NCBI GenBank assembly: GCA_039802265.1
Contig: JBDRWI010000024.1
Coordinates: forward strand, 1-31,093
Reading direction: 5' to 3'
Source of the DNA: a candidate division WOR-3 bacterium
Lineage (GTDB): Bacteria > Hydrothermota > Tepidihabitantia > SM23-42 > JAOAFX01
DNA length: 31,093 nucleotides
The notes under the pieces were generated by a model. The model saw only the letters and a program-made list of their open reading frames with translations, made no database searches and was not told where the DNA came from. How positions within the stretch are numbered: the stretch's first letter is position 1; each line of letters starts with the position of its first letter. A program made the position numbers and the translations under genes. Positions 8,914 to 19,001 of the stretch are shown in pieces.

Positions 8914-10468
8914 AAATCCGTTTATCCTTAACCGTTTGCCGATTTTACTGCCCTTTTTGGTAATTGTAATCTTTCTGGGAATATTTATTGTCCAGAGGGT
9001 CTGGGCAGGACCGGATACATATACATTACTGCGGATTTTCAATAAGGTCTTAAAAGACATTGAAGACAACTATGTGGACGAAGTCCCTTCGGATACCCTG
9101 ATAAGAGGGGCGATTGATGGAATGATTGAATCCCTTAATGACCCCCATACGGACTATTTGACCAAAGAGGAGTATGAACAATTGCGCATATCAACTGAGG
9201 GAGAATTTGGTGGAATTGGTGCCCAGATTGGCAAGAGGGATGAGAAGATTGTAGTAATTTCACCACTTGAGGGGACGCCGGCCTATCGGGCAGGACTATT
9301 ACCGGGCGATGCAATAATAATGGTGGATAGTGTTCCAACAAAGGGCAAGAGTGTAGATGTGGTGGTGAGGCAGATCCGGGGAACGCCCGGGACCAAGGTG
9401 CTTTTAACAATTCAAAGAGAAGGAATTGCCGAGCCATTCAATGTCGAAATTACCAGGGCAATTATTAAACTTGATGCAGTCCCATATTTCGGGATGGTAA
9501 CGGATGATATTGGCTATATCTATCTTGCAAATTTCTCAAGAACCGCGGATGCGGAATTGAAAAAGGGGCTTGATTCACTATTTGCCCTTGGTGCCAAAAA
9601 GATTATCTTTGACCTCCGCGGTAACTCCGGTGGTTTACTACAGGAGGGTGTCCGGGTCAGTGAATTGTTTTTGAGTAAAGGTAAAGATGTGGTTACCACC
9701 AAGGGAAGGCGTGAACCACCGCGGACATTCAAATCAGAAAATACTTATTCCTACGGCGAATTTCCGATGATTACGCTGGTAAATCAAGGGAGTGCCTCGG
9801 CTTCAGAAATTGTTGCCGGGGCATTGCAGGACTGGGACCGCAGTCTCATTATCGGCACCCAGACCTTTGGTAAGGGCTCAGTTCAGAATGTCATCCCCCT
9901 TGAGGATGGTGGTGCATTAAAGCTCACCACCGCCCGATGGTATACACCGTCCGGTCGGTGTATTGACAAGCCATATTTAGGTTCTGAGACGACAGCGGTT
10001 CAGGAGGCGAAGATTGATACCTCAAAGGAAAATATATACATTACAATGATTCTCAAGCGCAAGGTATATGGCCGGGGCGGAATAACACCGGATATTATTG
10101 TTGAACCACCAAAGCCAACAAAACTTGAGGTTGATATCTGGACCAAAGGGTATTATTTTGATTTTGCGGTACACTACACCCAGACCCATAAAGATATTAA
10201 TAAGAACTTTGAGGTTGATGAGAAGGTCCTTGATTATTTTGCGACATATCTGAGGGAGAAGAAGAAACTGGACTTCACCGATGCTCAGTTTGATTCAGCA
10301 AAGACGGCGTTCGCTCAGCAATTAAAACAAGAGATATTTGCAAACCTCTTTGGACAGAAGGAATCATACCGGATAAGGACCGGTTACGACCCACTCATTA
10401 AAAAGGGAATTGAGCTTCTAAAGGAGGTAAAGTCTCAAAAGGACCTTTTTCGTTTCGCAAGGCGCTAA
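8900..10468 (+). CDS. ctpA: Carboxyl-terminal processing protease (S41A, PDZ)
   Basis: N-terminal TM/signal; LNDPHT, GEFGGIG PDZ, DLRGNSGG, SASASEIVAGALQD (Ser), TFGKGSVQ (Lys), LTTARWYTPSGR, GGITPD. Confidence 0.93.
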   Translation: MRKNKNPFILNRLPILLPFLVIVIFLGIFIVQRVWAGPDTYTLLRIFNKVLKDIEDNYVDEVPSDTLIRGAIDGMIESLNDPHTDYLTKEEYEQLRISTEGEFGGIGAQIGKRDEKIVVISPLEGTPAYRAGLLPGDAIIMVDSVPTKGKSVDVVVRQIRGTPGTKVLLTIQREGIAEPFNVEITRAIIKLDAVPYFGMVTDDIGYIYLANFSRTADAELKKGLDSLFALGAKKIIFDLRGNSGGLLQEGVRVSELFLSKGKDVVTTKGRREPPRTFKSENTYSYGEFPMITLVNQGSASASEIVAGALQDWDRSLIIGTQTFGKGSVQNVIPLEDGGALKLTTARWYTPSGRCIDKPYLGSETTAVQEAKIDTSKENIYITMILKRKVYGRGGITPDIIVEPPKPTKLEVDIWTKGYYFDFAVHYTQTHKDINKNFEVDEKVLDYFATYLREKKKLDFTDAQFDSAKTAFAQQLKQEIFANLFGQKESYRIRTGYDPLIKKGIELLKEVKSQKDLFRFARR

Positions 10469-10602
10469 CAGGGTTACCGGTGTAAGATATGGAAGATTTA
10501 ATTTCCAGCCCTTCATGCTCTTTCTGATTCTTATATCCATCTCTTTATTGATTTTATGGTTAATAGTTATTCTGGGAATATGGATAAAGAGAAAAAATAT
10601 AA

Positions 10603-13404
10603 ATGTATCGCATTGAGATAAAAAGAAGAGATGACCCCCGGGGGAAATTTGTCAAAGAGAATTTTGAATCAATCGGCTTTTCAGGCATTGAATCGGTTGA
10701 TGTACGGGATGTCTACTATCTTGATAAAAGATTTACAAAAAAAGAGATAGAATTCATTGCCCGGGAGTTATTCTGCGACCCGGTGGTTGAAGAATTCAAA
10801 ATTGGAAAAGGCACTGGATTTGAGATTCTTTATAACCCTGGTGTATCTGACCCCAAAGAGGAGAGTATAAAAAAAGCAATCAGTGATTTAGGAATACGCA
10901 AGTCCGGTTTCTATCAAATAAAGACTGCAACCAATTACATATTCAAAGGCAGACTTGAACCGGAAAGATTGAAGGAATATGCAAGTCTCTTCTTGTATAA
11001 TCCGTTGATCCAGCATATAAGAGAAGTGAAGGAAAAAGAAATAAGATTTAAAGAACCACAATATCTATATTTGAAGATTAACCTTGATACCGACCTGCTA
11101 CGCCTGAGTAAAGATATGGGACTTTCCCTTTCACTTTTGGAGATGGAGACCATAAAGAAGTACTATAAAAAGATCAGGCGCAATCCAACTGATGTAGAAC
11201 TTGAGACAATTGCCCAGACCTGGAGTGAGCACTGCCGGCATAAGACATTTTTAGGCAGGATAAATTTTGAGGGTGAAATCATTGATAATCTATTGAAGAA
11301 TACAATAATGAAGGCAACGCGGGAGATAAACCATCCCTACTGTCTTTCGGTATTTCACGACAATTCAGGAATTATAGAATTTGATGAGGAATTTGGTGTC
11401 TGCTTCAAGGTTGAAACCCACAATCATCCTTCAGCCCTGGAACCTTACGGTGGCGCGGCAACTGGAATCGGTGGTGTAATAAGAGATATCCTGGGAACCG
11501 GGCTTGGCGCCAAACCGATAATGAATACTGATGTATTCTGTTTTGGTCCACCCGATATTGACTTGAGTAAGTTGCCAAAGGGAATTTTACATCCTAAAAG
11601 AATTATCAGGGGTGTTTATCAGGGGGTTAGGGATTATGGTAATCGTATGGGTATTCCCACCACAAGTGGGGCGGTCTATTTTGATGAAGACTTTTTATAC
11701 AATCCACTGGTTTATTGCGGAACAGTGGGAATAATCAGAAAGGACCGGATAAAAAAGAAGCCAATGCCCAGCGATTATATCCTCTTAGTTGGTGGCAGGA
11801 CCGGAAGGGATGGGATTCACGGGGCAACTTTCTCTTCGGCTGAACTATCAGTAAAGGCAGAGAAATCCTGTGTTCAGATTGGTAATCCGATAATGGAGAA
11901 GAAGGTCTTAGATTGCCTTTTAAAGGTAACTGAAGCAAGACTCTTAAACGCTGTAACCGATTGTGGGGGCGGTGGTCTTTCAAGTGCGGTGGGCGAAATG
12001 GGGAAGGAACTCGGTGCCGTTGTCTATCTTGAAAAGGTTCCCTTAAAATATAAGGGACTCACCCCACGCGAAATCTGGATTTCTGAATCTCAGGAGAGAA
12101 TGATACTTTCAGTTCCTCCGAGGCATATAAAAAGGGTTATTGAAATCTTTAGAAAAGAGAATGTTGAGGCAACGCCGATCGGTAGATTTACCAATGATAA
12201 AAGGTTAAGACTATACTACAAAAAAAAGAAGGTCTGTGACCTGGATATGGACTTTCTGCACAATGGATTACCAAGACCAATTAAATCTGCCCGGCGGCGG
12301 TCCAATTTTTATGAAGAACCCGTTTTTCAAGAACCAACCGATTTAAATAAAATTCTGTGCGAAATTATTGGCAGTTACAATTGCTGCAACCGGGAATGGC
12401 TCATTCGGGAATATGACCACGAAGTGCAGGGTGCAAGTGTGATAAAACCATTTGCCGGAGTGAATGGTGACGGACCACAGGATGCGGTGGTAATCAAGCC
12501 GCGCCTTGATAAGAATAGAGGGATTGTCGTTTCCTGCGGCATCAATCCGTCTTATGGCCGGTATGATGCCTACAATATGGCGCTTTCGGTGATAGATGAA
12601 GCATTGAGAAATCTTGTGGCAGTGGGCGGTGATATTACAAAGTGTGCGATGCTTGATAACTTCTGTTTTGCATCGCCGGACAGGGAAGAGGTTCTGGGCG
12701 ATATTGTGCTTTCAGCAAGGGGTTGTTATGATGGAGCAAAGGCATTCGGTGTTCCTTTTATTTCGGGAAAGGACAGTTTGAATAATGAATGGATTGATGA
12801 AACAGGAAAGAGTTATTTAATTCCACCAACCCTTTTAATTTCAGCGATCGGTATTGTTGAAGATGTGAATAATTGTATTACAATGGATTTTAAAAAGACA
12901 GGTAGTTTAATTTACTTGATTGGTGCCACAAAAAATGAACTGGGTGGCTCTGAATATTTTAGACTTTTGAATATCAAGGGTGGCAGGGTGCCGAATGTTG
13001 ATTTAAAGAATGCACCGGTAATAATGAGAAGAGTTCATCAGGCGATTATTGAAGGACTGATTCTTTCCTGCCATGACCTCTCAGAGGGTGGACTTGGACT
13101 GGCGATAGCCGAGATGTCATTCGCCGGCGATATTGGTTGTGAGGTTGACTTGGCCAGGGTAATCTACGAAGATAGAAACAACCGGCCGGACATTATACTC
13201 TTCGCTGAATCAAATACGAGGTTTTTAGTTGAGGTTCCGCCTGAAAATGTAAAAAAGTTTGAAAGACGATTTAAGGGGTTACCCTATTCTCATATTGGTA
13301 AGACAAACGAAAGAAAGAATCTTGTTATCAACTATGGGAAAAAGAATTTAGTCAACTTACCCATATTTGATTTGAGAAGAGCCTATCAAAGGAAAGTTCT
13401 TTAA
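10603..13404 (+). CDS. purL: Phosphoribosylformylglycinamidine synthase PurL with PurS-like N-terminal extension and no glutaminase domain
   Basis: QTWSEHCRHK, KVETHNHPSALEPYGGAATG, GRDGIHGATFSS, DCGGGGLSS, SESQERM, ISGKDSL, HDLSEGGL. Confidence 0.95.
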   Translation: MYRIEIKRRDDPRGKFVKENFESIGFSGIESVDVRDVYYLDKRFTKKEIEFIARELFCDPVVEEFKIGKGTGFEILYNPGVSDPKEESIKKAISDLGIRKSGFYQIKTATNYIFKGRLEPERLKEYASLFLYNPLIQHIREVKEKEIRFKEPQYLYLKINLDTDLLRLSKDMGLSLSLLEMETIKKYYKKIRRNPTDVELETIAQTWSEHCRHKTFLGRINFEGEIIDNLLKNTIMKATREINHPYCLSVFHDNSGIIEFDEEFGVCFKVETHNHPSALEPYGGAATGIGGVIRDILGTGLGAKPIMNTDVFCFGPPDIDLSKLPKGILHPKRIIRGVYQGVRDYGNRMGIPTTSGAVYFDEDFLYNPLVYCGTVGIIRKDRIKKKPMPSDYILLVGGRTGRDGIHGATFSSAELSVKAEKSCVQIGNPIMEKKVLDCLLKVTEARLLNAVTDCGGGGLSSAVGEMGKELGAVVYLEKVPLKYKGLTPREIWISESQERMILSVPPRHIKRVIEIFRKENVEATPIGRFTNDKRLRLYYKKKKVCDLDMDFLHNGLPRPIKSARRRSNFYEEPVFQEPTDLNKILCEIIGSYNCCNREWLIREYDHEVQGASVIKPFAGVNGDGPQDAVVIKPRLDKNRGIVVSCGINPSYGRYDAYNMALSVIDEALRNLVAVGGDITKCAMLDNFCFASPDREEVLGDIVLSARGCYDGAKAFGVPFISGKDSLNNEWIDETGKSYLIPPTLLISAIGIVEDVNNCITMDFKKTGSLIYLIGATKNELGGSEYFRLLNIKGGRVPNVDLKNAPVIMRRVHQAIIEGLILSCHDLSEGGLGLAIAEMSFAGDIGCEVDLARVIYEDRNNRPDIILFAESNTRFLVEVPPENVKKFERRFKGLPYSHIGKTNERKNLVINYGKKNLVNLPIFDLRRAYQRKVL

Positions 13405-13520
13405 GACGCAGCCGTTTGTTTATTCTTTTTTAAGGACCTGCGCTTTGGGTTCTCTTACAAAACGGTATCTATCATCTTAATATACTACGAGATTGGATTA
13501 CTACGAAGGAGGGCAACCAT

Positions 13521-13579
13521 CATCCTGTTTTCTACCTTGAAGGGAGAAGATGAAGGTGGGGGTAAAAGGAGGCAGGATG
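13521..13579. repeat. Degenerate REP-like palindrome in the convergent purL/accC intergenic region
   Basis: catcctg (13521-13527) / caggatg (13573-13579) enclosing an imperfect ttctacct/agggagaa hairpin and a G-rich tail. Confidence 0.4.
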
Positions 13580-13791
13580 GAGATAAAATCTAAATAAATG
13601 AATAAAAATGGTTTAGGGTCTGGTTTGGGATGCCTGTCTTTTTTAACCATTTAACCAATCAAGTTTCGCAAGTTTAACTACTATAATCTTCTTTCTGATT
13701 TATCGGGCGATAGCTGGGGTTATGTCCATTCTCAATTTGCTACATAATATAAGGGGCTCAGAATGACTGACATAGGTTGTGAATCATTTAC

Positions 13792-15141
13792 TTACGATTT
13801 AGCAATCATCTCCTCAATAAAATTTGTTGAGATATCACCGGCAATAAATTTTTCATTATTCATAACTTTTATATGAAAGGGTATGGTTGTGGGGATTCCC
13901 TCAATTACCATTTCCTCCAGCGCCCTTTTCATCCGGGCGATTGCCTCGGCTCGGGTATTCCCAAAGCAGATAAGTTTACCAATAAGTGAGTCATACTGGG
14001 AGGGGAATGTATAGCCGGCAAAGATATGAGTATCAAAACGAACACCAATCCCCTGGGGTATATGAAAGAATGTTATCTTCCCGGGTGTGGGCATAAAATT
14101 CCGCTCGGGGTCTTCGGCATTTATCCGGCATTCTATGGCACTGCCTCTGATGATAATATCTTCTTGTTTTATGCTAATCTTTTCGCCCAGAGCAATCTTT
14201 AGTTGCTCCTTTAAGATATCTATATTCGTGACCATTTCGGTGACCGGATGCTCGACCTGAATCCGGGTATTCATCTCCATAAAATAGAAATTTTTATCCT
14301 TGTCCATCAGAAATTCTATTGTCCCGGCCGATTCATAACCAATATTCTTTACGGCCTTTATTGCCGATTCCATTAATTTCTCCCTTGTCTTGCTATCCAC
14401 AAACGGTGAGGGAGATTCCTCAATTAACTTCTGATGGCGTCGCTGGATTGAGCACTCTCGTTCTCCAAGGGCAAGGACATTTCCGTAGGAATCGGCAAGG
14501 ATTTGAACTTCAATATGCCGGGGCTTCTCAATGTATTTCTCCAGATACAGCCGACCATCGCCGAACGCTGCCTTAGCCTCGGCCTGGGCAATTCTAAATC
14601 CTGATTCTAACTCTTCCGGTTCGGAGATTATTCTCATTCCCTTGCCACCACCGCCGGCCGCCGCCTTTAATATTACTGGATAACCAATCTTTGTCGCAAA
14701 TTTCTTTGCCTCGCGCAGCGATTCCACGACACCGTCGCTCCCCGGTATCCCCTGAATACCTATATCTGCCATCGTCTTTTTTGCCTTGATTTTATCACCC
14801 ATTGCCCTTATGTGGTCGGGTTTTGGTCCAATAAAAACAATACCGCATGATTCACAGATCTCGGCAAATTCTGCGTTTTCCGCCAAAAATCCATAACCAG
14901 GATGGATTGCCTTTGCCCCGGTTATTTCTGCGGCACTGATGATTCGGGTGATGTTGAGATAACTTTCTTTCGCCGGACCCGGACCGATACAGACTGCTTC
15001 GTCAGCGAGACGGCTATGGAGCGATTCGGCATCAGCCTCAGAATAGACTGCTACGGTCTTGAGGTTCAATTCTTTGGCGGCACGAATTATACGAATTGCT
15101 ATCTCACCACGATTGGCGATGAGGATTTTTTCAAATTTCAC
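13792..15141 (-). CDS. accC: Acetyl-CoA carboxylase biotin carboxylase subunit
   Basis: ANRGEIA, HPGYGFLAEN, GGGGKGMR, RECSIQRRHQK, EMNTRIQVEHPVTE, ECRINAED; the GTG start shares a base with the upstream TAG. Confidence 0.97.
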   Translation of the reverse strand: MKFEKILIANRGEIAIRIIRAAKELNLKTVAVYSEADAESLHSRLADEAVCIGPGPAKESYLNITRIISAAEITGAKAIHPGYGFLAENAEFAEICESCGIVFIGPKPDHIRAMGDKIKAKKTMADIGIQGIPGSDGVVESLREAKKFATKIGYPVILKAAAGGGGKGMRIISEPEELESGFRIAQAEAKAAFGDGRLYLEKYIEKPRHIEVQILADSYGNVLALGERECSIQRRHQKLIEESPSPFVDSKTREKLMESAIKAVKNIGYESAGTIEFLMDKDKNFYFMEMNTRIQVEHPVTEMVTNIDILKEQLKIALGEKISIKQEDIIIRGSAIECRINAEDPERNFMPTPGKITFFHIPQGIGVRFDTHIFAGYTFPSQYDSLIGKLICFGNTRAEAIARMKRALEEMVIEGIPTTIPFHIKVMNNEKFIAGDISTNFIEEMIAKS

Positions 15142-16247
15142 TACTTCTTCTCAAATGAACCCCAGCCTCGCTCTGCGGTAGCCTCAATCCCAACCAGTCT
15201 GAGTTTAAACTCGTCGGGATTGGATACGGCCTGGATTGCATCATCATAGGAGATGAGGCCGTCTTTATAAAGGCGGAAGATTGACTGGTCAAAGGTCTGC
15301 ATCCCATATTGACCGTAACCTTCCTCAATGGCTGATTGAATGAGCAGGGTTTTTACCGGGTCAAGCAAATACTCCTTTATTGTGGGGGTAGAGATAAGAA
15401 TTTCTACCGCTGGAATGCGTCCCTTTCCATCGGCCCGGGGTAAAAGCCTTAAAGATACTACGCCGACAAGGGTTGCCGCAAGTAAGACACGAATGTGTTG
15501 ATGCTGGTGGGGTGGATAAAATGAGATAATCCGGTTTATTGTCTCTGTAGCATTCAGGGTATGGAGGGTGGACATTACCAGGTGTCCGGTATCGGCGGCC
15601 TTAAGTGCCACATCCATTGTCTCACGGTCTCTTATTTCTCCGATCAGAATTACATCCGGGTCCTGGCGCAGAATATGGCGCAGGGCAATAGAAAAGGAGA
15701 CAGTATCCATCAAAACTTCCCGCTGATTAATCACACTCAGGTTGTCTCGAAAGAGATATTCAATCGGGTCTTCAATGGTAATGATATGCCTTGATGCATT
15801 CTCATTGATATGCTCAATCATTGCGGCGAGTGTCGTTGATTTACCACTGCCAGTTGTCCCTGTACAGAGTATCAGTCCCCGGGGCTTTAGAGCAAGTTCC
15901 TTGAGAATCGGCGGCAGGTTCAACTCGTCAATTCTCTTCACCGATATTGGAATTGCCCTCATTGCAATGGCAATACTACCGCGTTGCAAAAAGATATTTA
16001 CCCGGAAACGACCAATCCCGCGTACACCAATGGCAAAATCCATTTCCTTCATTCTTTCAAAAGTCTGCTGCTGGGAGGGTGTCATAATCTGGTACGCCAT
16101 CGTCTTTAGGACCTCGGGTGTCAGGGATTCCGATTTTTCTATTACCAGACGTCCGTCAATCCTAAAGACCGGTGGAGCACCTGCCTTCAGATGTAAATCT
16201 GAGGCGTTGACTTTTATCATCTTTTCAAGTAATGATTTAAGTTCCAT
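15141..16247 (-). CDS. pilT: Type IV pilus retraction-family ATPase (PilT/PilU)
   Basis: ASDLHL, RFRVNIF, Walker A GTTGSGKST, TIEDPIEY, LRQDPDVILIGEIRD, His box GHLVMSTLH, GMQTFDQ; the AIRNLIRE motif is replaced by TIKEYLLD. Confidence 0.9.
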   Translation of the reverse strand: MELKSLLEKMIKVNASDLHLKAGAPPVFRIDGRLVIEKSESLTPEVLKTMAYQIMTPSQQQTFERMKEMDFAIGVRGIGRFRVNIFLQRGSIAIAMRAIPISVKRIDELNLPPILKELALKPRGLILCTGTTGSGKSTTLAAMIEHINENASRHIITIEDPIEYLFRDNLSVINQREVLMDTVSFSIALRHILRQDPDVILIGEIRDRETMDVALKAADTGHLVMSTLHTLNATETINRIISFYPPHQHQHIRVLLAATLVGVVSLRLLPRADGKGRIPAVEILISTPTIKEYLLDPVKTLLIQSAIEEGYGQYGMQTFDQSIFRLYKDGLISYDDAIQAVSNPDEFKLRLVGIEATAERGWGSFEKK

Positions 16248-16277
16248 AGTCTACTCTCTCTTGATATTCCAACCAAA

Positions 16278-16751
16278 CTATAGCGGTTCAACCAAAAAGA
16301 GTTCTTGATTGTATTCAACCGGTTCTTCGTTCTTAACCAGAATTTGAACAATCCTTCCGGAAACATCCGATTCGATCTCATTCATCAGTTTCATTGCCTC
16401 AACAATACAGACAACCTGCCCGGGCTTTACAATATCACCGACCTCTACATAGGGAGGGGCATCCGGGGCCGGCGCCCGATAAAATGTACCAACAATCGGG
16501 GAACGGATTGAGACCAAATTTTTTGACGGTTCTTTTTTTACTGGTTCTTTAGTCACTTTTTGTTCCGGCTCTTCCTCAGCTCCCCGGGTGATTTCCAGGG
16601 TTGGTTTAAAGGTTGCTGCAGCAACCTCTTGTTGGTCTTTCATCACCTTAGAAATTTTTATCTTTCTCCCCCAGAAATCGGTAATCTCAATAGTAGAAAT
16701 CTTGCTGTTTTCCAATATCTTTATTAGTTTTTCAATATCAGAGATTTTCAT
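16278..16751 (-). CDS. accB: Acetyl-CoA carboxylase biotin carboxyl carrier protein
   Basis: [11 protein letters not shown], biotinylation motif [17 protein letters not shown]. Confidence 0.96.
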   Translation of the reverse strand: MKISDIEKLIKILENSKISTIEITDFWGRKIKISKVMKDQQEVAAATFKPTLEITRGAEEEPEQKVTKEPVKKEPSKNLVSIRSPIVGTFYRAPAPDAPPYVEVGDIVKPGQVVCIVEAMKLMNEIESDVSGRIVQILVKNEEPVEYNQELFLVEPL

Positions 16752-16758
16752 AATCCCT

Positions 16759-17991
16759 TCACTTTAAAAGGCTTGATAACCAATCCTGGAATGATTTGAA
16801 ATCTTCTTCCTTCAATTTCTGTTCTTCTTTCTTTTCCTCGGTCTTCGGGGCTTCAGTTAACTCTTGCGGTTCAACCTTTTGTTCTTCAGTCGGGGGTTGT
16901 ACCGTTTCTACCTTCGGCTCACCCGTCTCTTCTTTGACTTCGGTTGGTTGCAGGAAATCCTGTAGTTGGGCAATTTCCTCTTCAGTCCCTTCAGGAGCAG
17001 GAGAGATTCCCTCAGCAGCTGCAGTGGGTTCAACTGGTTTTTCTTCTACCGGAATTACTTCTATTGGTTTTTCTATCTCTAATGTAGATACTTCATCAGG
17101 TATTTCTTTAATCACTGTCTCGGCTGGGATTTCCTCAGCGGAAGTTTCTTCAACTGCTCCCTTCGTTGGTTCTTCTGCCGACTCAAGTAGAATCTCTTCC
17201 ATTGAAATTATCTCTTCACTCGGAACTTCAACTGGTTTTTGTGGTTCAGGTTCTAAAGTGGGAGGAACCGGTGGCTCAGGACTGATCGGCGGGGCTGTGA
17301 TATTAACTACGGGCTCAGCGACTGTGGGGATTTCTGGTATCTCGGGTTTAGCGGCAAGTTCTTCTGGCTGAAAATAACTTTCCAGTTTAAGTTCAGCCAC
17401 TTTTTCTTCTTCCCTGACATCTTTTTTCTTTAACCTTTCTTTCAATTCTTTTATTTTTTTCTGGATTACAATATCCTGTGGGTCAGTAAATCCCAGATGT
17501 TCATAGACCCGCAATGCCTCCTCAAGATTACCCTGACGTTCATATTCTTCAGCAAGGGTGATTGTATATATTGGACCCTTGCGCTGGTTTTCAAGTTGGG
17601 CAAGTTTTTCCTTTGCCACTGCATCGGTTGGATCAACTGTCACAATACCCCGGTAGGCAGAGATAAGACAATTGTCGTCTTTGAGACTATTGCAGACCTG
17701 AACCAGAAGTCTCAGCGCGACGATATTCATCGGGTCAAGTTCAACTGTCTTTTGTAGTGCGTCCTTTGCCTGATTATATTCCCGTCTATCGAGATGGCAC
17801 TTTCCCAGTATGAGATAGGCGAGGGGATAGTTGGGATGATACTGCAAGCCTTGCTTTAAGACCTCAAGTGCCTCATCCACCATATTATTTTTTCGGTATG
17901 CGTCAGCAAGTTGAACAAATATCCTTGACTTCGGATCCTTGCTATAACGCTCGCTCAGTTTGGCAATCTCGGAAAAGTCCTGTTCTGCCAT
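16759..17991 (-). CDS. Tetratricopeptide repeat protein with long acidic, Pro-rich low-complexity linker and short C-terminal helix
   Basis: N-terminal TPRs ([10 protein letters not shown]...[14 protein letters not shown]...[11 protein letters not shown]); E/P-rich second half; ends [20 protein letters not shown] upstream. Confidence 0.85.
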   Translation of the reverse strand: MAEQDFSEIAKLSERYSKDPKSRIFVQLADAYRKNNMVDEALEVLKQGLQYHPNYPLAYLILGKCHLDRREYNQAKDALQKTVELDPMNIVALRLLVQVCNSLKDDNCLISAYRGIVTVDPTDAVAKEKLAQLENQRKGPIYTITLAEEYERQGNLEEALRVYEHLGFTDPQDIVIQKKIKELKERLKKKDVREEEKVAELKLESYFQPEELAAKPEIPEIPTVAEPVVNITAPPISPEPPVPPTLEPEPQKPVEVPSEEIISMEEILLESAEEPTKGAVEETSAEEIPAETVIKEIPDEVSTLEIEKPIEVIPVEEKPVEPTAAAEGISPAPEGTEEEIAQLQDFLQPTEVKEETGEPKVETVQPPTEEQKVEPQELTEAPKTEEKKEEQKLKEEDFKSFQDWLSSLLK

Positions 17992-18008
17992 TTTTCCTCC
18001 AACATAAT

Positions 18009-18036
18009 ATTTTATTCAAGTTTAATCTTTTGTCAA
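18009..18036 (-). promoter_or_regulatory. Putative sigma70 promoter for TPR-accB-pilT-accC
   Basis: Minus strand TTGACA (18036-18031), 16 nt, TAAAAT (18014-18009); the -35 lies in the last codons of the upstream gene. Confidence 0.6.
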
Positions 18037-18996
18037 GCCGGTAGCGAGAATTTTGAATGAATTCATAATCACCTCAATCGTCGCGAAGAAGTCGGTCTTT
18101 CTCTCGCCGGGTAAAAAGAGCATGCCGTCGATTACATAGAGTGTATCTTCTTTTACTAAAAAATAGGACAAGAATGGACCACCTGCCACCAGTGAATCAT
18201 TCTGCCATACTCCTTTTACTCTGAATCCTCGCATATTCTGGAATTCAATGCTATCAATAAATGTCAGTTCTTTCAAGATATAATCACCATTGTAGTATCT
18301 CTTGGTAAGTTCATCTCTCTTCGCAATTACTGTGGAGTCATTCAATTCAAAGGTTTTCTTCTCTCTATAAATAAAGATACTCCGATCCGGATAATGGGCA
18401 TGGATAAATATAAAGTTCTCGTTTGCGAAAGTTGAATCAATTAACCAGCCCGGGGTAAAATCCATTTCAATGCCCAGCCTTTTTAGATATCTTTTTATCC
18501 GCTGGTCAATCTTTGTTTCATAATATTGTTTCTTAATTTTTCGGTAATAGTTTTCTTCAAATATCTTGGTAATTATCTTCTGATATTTCTGAAGACCCAA
18601 AGGGATATAGCGGGGTTCTTTTGCCGCCAGAATTATAACAACCTGGTCCTTTGCCCAGAGGTCATTGACCTTGAATAGATTAAATGTATCTCTTATTGTT
18701 GCGTTCCGCGCCTCCGCATTCAATAATGTGAGTATGAACTCTTCCTGAAGTGAACCGCACAGGAATAATGAATGAAAAAGTTTAACCCTCTTTAGTATTG
18801 TATCTGAGGCGAAGATGAATATAAAGGTCGGTTCACGCTGGGGCATATAATTGTAAATTTGAAGACTCTGTGCTACAAATGTAGTATCAATCTGCGAACC
18901 AACAATTACAACATCACGACTCTTGCCCACACTTTGAGGAAGTCGGGAGCAAAAAAGGAAGATAAAGAGAACTAAAAGAAAGGTAATCTTTTGCAC
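18022..18996 (-). CDS. Putative lipoprotein, DUF4837-like
   Basis: Hydrophobic signal ending at Cys16; DLWAKDQVV and KGVW...AGGPFLSY...IDGMLFLPGERK segments resemble the DUF4837 family (recognised from memory, not searched). Confidence 0.65.
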   Translation of the reverse strand: MQKITFLLVLFIFLFCSRLPQSVGKSRDVVIVGSQIDTTFVAQSLQIYNYMPQREPTFIFIFASDTILKRVKLFHSLFLCGSLQEEFILTLLNAEARNATIRDTFNLFKVNDLWAKDQVVIILAAKEPRYIPLGLQKYQKIITKIFEENYYRKIKKQYYETKIDQRIKRYLKRLGIEMDFTPGWLIDSTFANENFIFIHAHYPDRSIFIYREKKTFELNDSTVIAKRDELTKRYYNGDYILKELTFIDSIEFQNMRGFRVKGVWQNDSLVAGGPFLSYFLVKEDTLYVIDGMLFLPGERKTDFFATIEVIMNSFKILATGLTKD

Positions 18997-19001
18997 TGAT
19001 T

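Noticed and set aside
10469..10602. Purine or ZTP riboswitch upstream of purL
   Set aside because: No conserved aptamer motifs recognisable; short, AT-rich region with weak pairing
16796..17371. 191-aa Ser/Gly-rich + strand ORF
   Set aside because: Antisense mirror of the Glu/Pro-rich linker of the TPR protein
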